Shown here in pieces: positions 63,329-64,000 of a stretch of 64,000 nucleotides of DNA. Both the position numbers and the translations under genes were made by a program. Source of the DNA: Botryllus schlosseri (taxonomy: Eukaryota); contig CM119371.1 in the NCBI GenBank assembly GCA_051294905.1, positions 40,922,001 through 40,986,000 on the forward strand, in the 5' to 3' direction. Below the pieces are notes generated by a model. The model saw only the letters and a program-made list of their open reading frames with translations, ran no database searches and was not told the DNA's origin. Numbering within the stretch: the first letter of the stretch is position 1; each line of letters starts with the position of its first letter.

Positions 63329-63918
63329 CAGGGTTGTAATGACTCGAGTCATGACTCAACTCGAGTCCGACTCGAGTCACATTTTTCAGATAACTCGACT
63401 TGACTCGAGTCATTTTCTCAAAATACGGAAATGACTCGACTCGAGTCAATTTGTGTATTGACTCGACTTGGACTCGAGTCATTGCGCATGACTCGAACCA
63501 AGTCATATGACGGGAGACTCAGAAGGCCAAGACCGACGTTTCATTGTAATTTCGAGGAATAGTAAAGTAATCACACTATTGTGATTTCGTCTATTGGTAC
63601 TGGTACTTGAAAATGCGTCCAGAAACTGCTAAAACTGACGAAAATTATAATATTATAAATGCGAACCATTCGATATCACCAAACAGAGTTATAAAAAGTG
63701 GATTTGTAAGCCTTTAACTGGAAACTGGGCAGTCAACACAATGACTTGGACTCGACTCGAGTCATAATACCATGACTCGGACTCGACCCTCTGCTCGGTG
63801 ACTTGGACTCGGACTTGACTCGGTTGTGAATTGAAAATGACTCGACTTGACTCGAGTCAAAACTATAAAACTGAGATTGACTTGTGACTCGGAGCATTGT
63901 GACTTGGTTACAACCCTG
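63329..63918 (+). mobile_element. MITE family A copy
   Basis: Perfect TIRs and perfect 8-bp TSD GTGACCAG. Confidence 0.9.
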
Positions 63919-64000
63919 GTGACCAGTAAAATTTGAATTTTTTTTTTCAAAAAATCACAAACACCAATGCTTCCACTGGATGGAATTGAGGCAAATTTGA

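Overview
This is eukaryotic, repeat-rich genomic DNA, most likely from an invertebrate animal (species not identifiable from the sequence). (1) A complete 19-coding-exon ACAD11-like gene lies on the + strand (4272-44212, 748 aa by my manual splicing). It has an APH-type kinase domain, an acyl-CoA dehydrogenase domain and a C-terminal SRL peroxisomal signal. (2) An intronless 11-finger C2H2 zinc-finger ORF (51143-52114) is flanked by decayed fingers. (3) The 5' part of a tandem ACAD11 paralogue (57383 to beyond the window) apparently starts at the dehydrogenase domain and lacks the kinase half. Introns and spacers are filled with hAT-type MITEs (8-bp TSDs), a Tc2/pogo-like MITE, a P/Galileo-like foldback (7-bp TSD), tRNA-derived SINEs, CR1/L2-group LINE 3' ends and a decayed hAT transposase. 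The most striking non-obvious signal is a dispersed repeat of about 11 copies carrying a minimal type I hammerhead ribozyme (ACCC-CUGANGA-GUGUCAGCC-GAAA-AUAU-UC/GGGU). It has a palindromic stem III and a candidate loop II pseudoknot, and probably derives from a Penelope-like element. All coordinates were counted by eye and may be off by a few nt for repeats.
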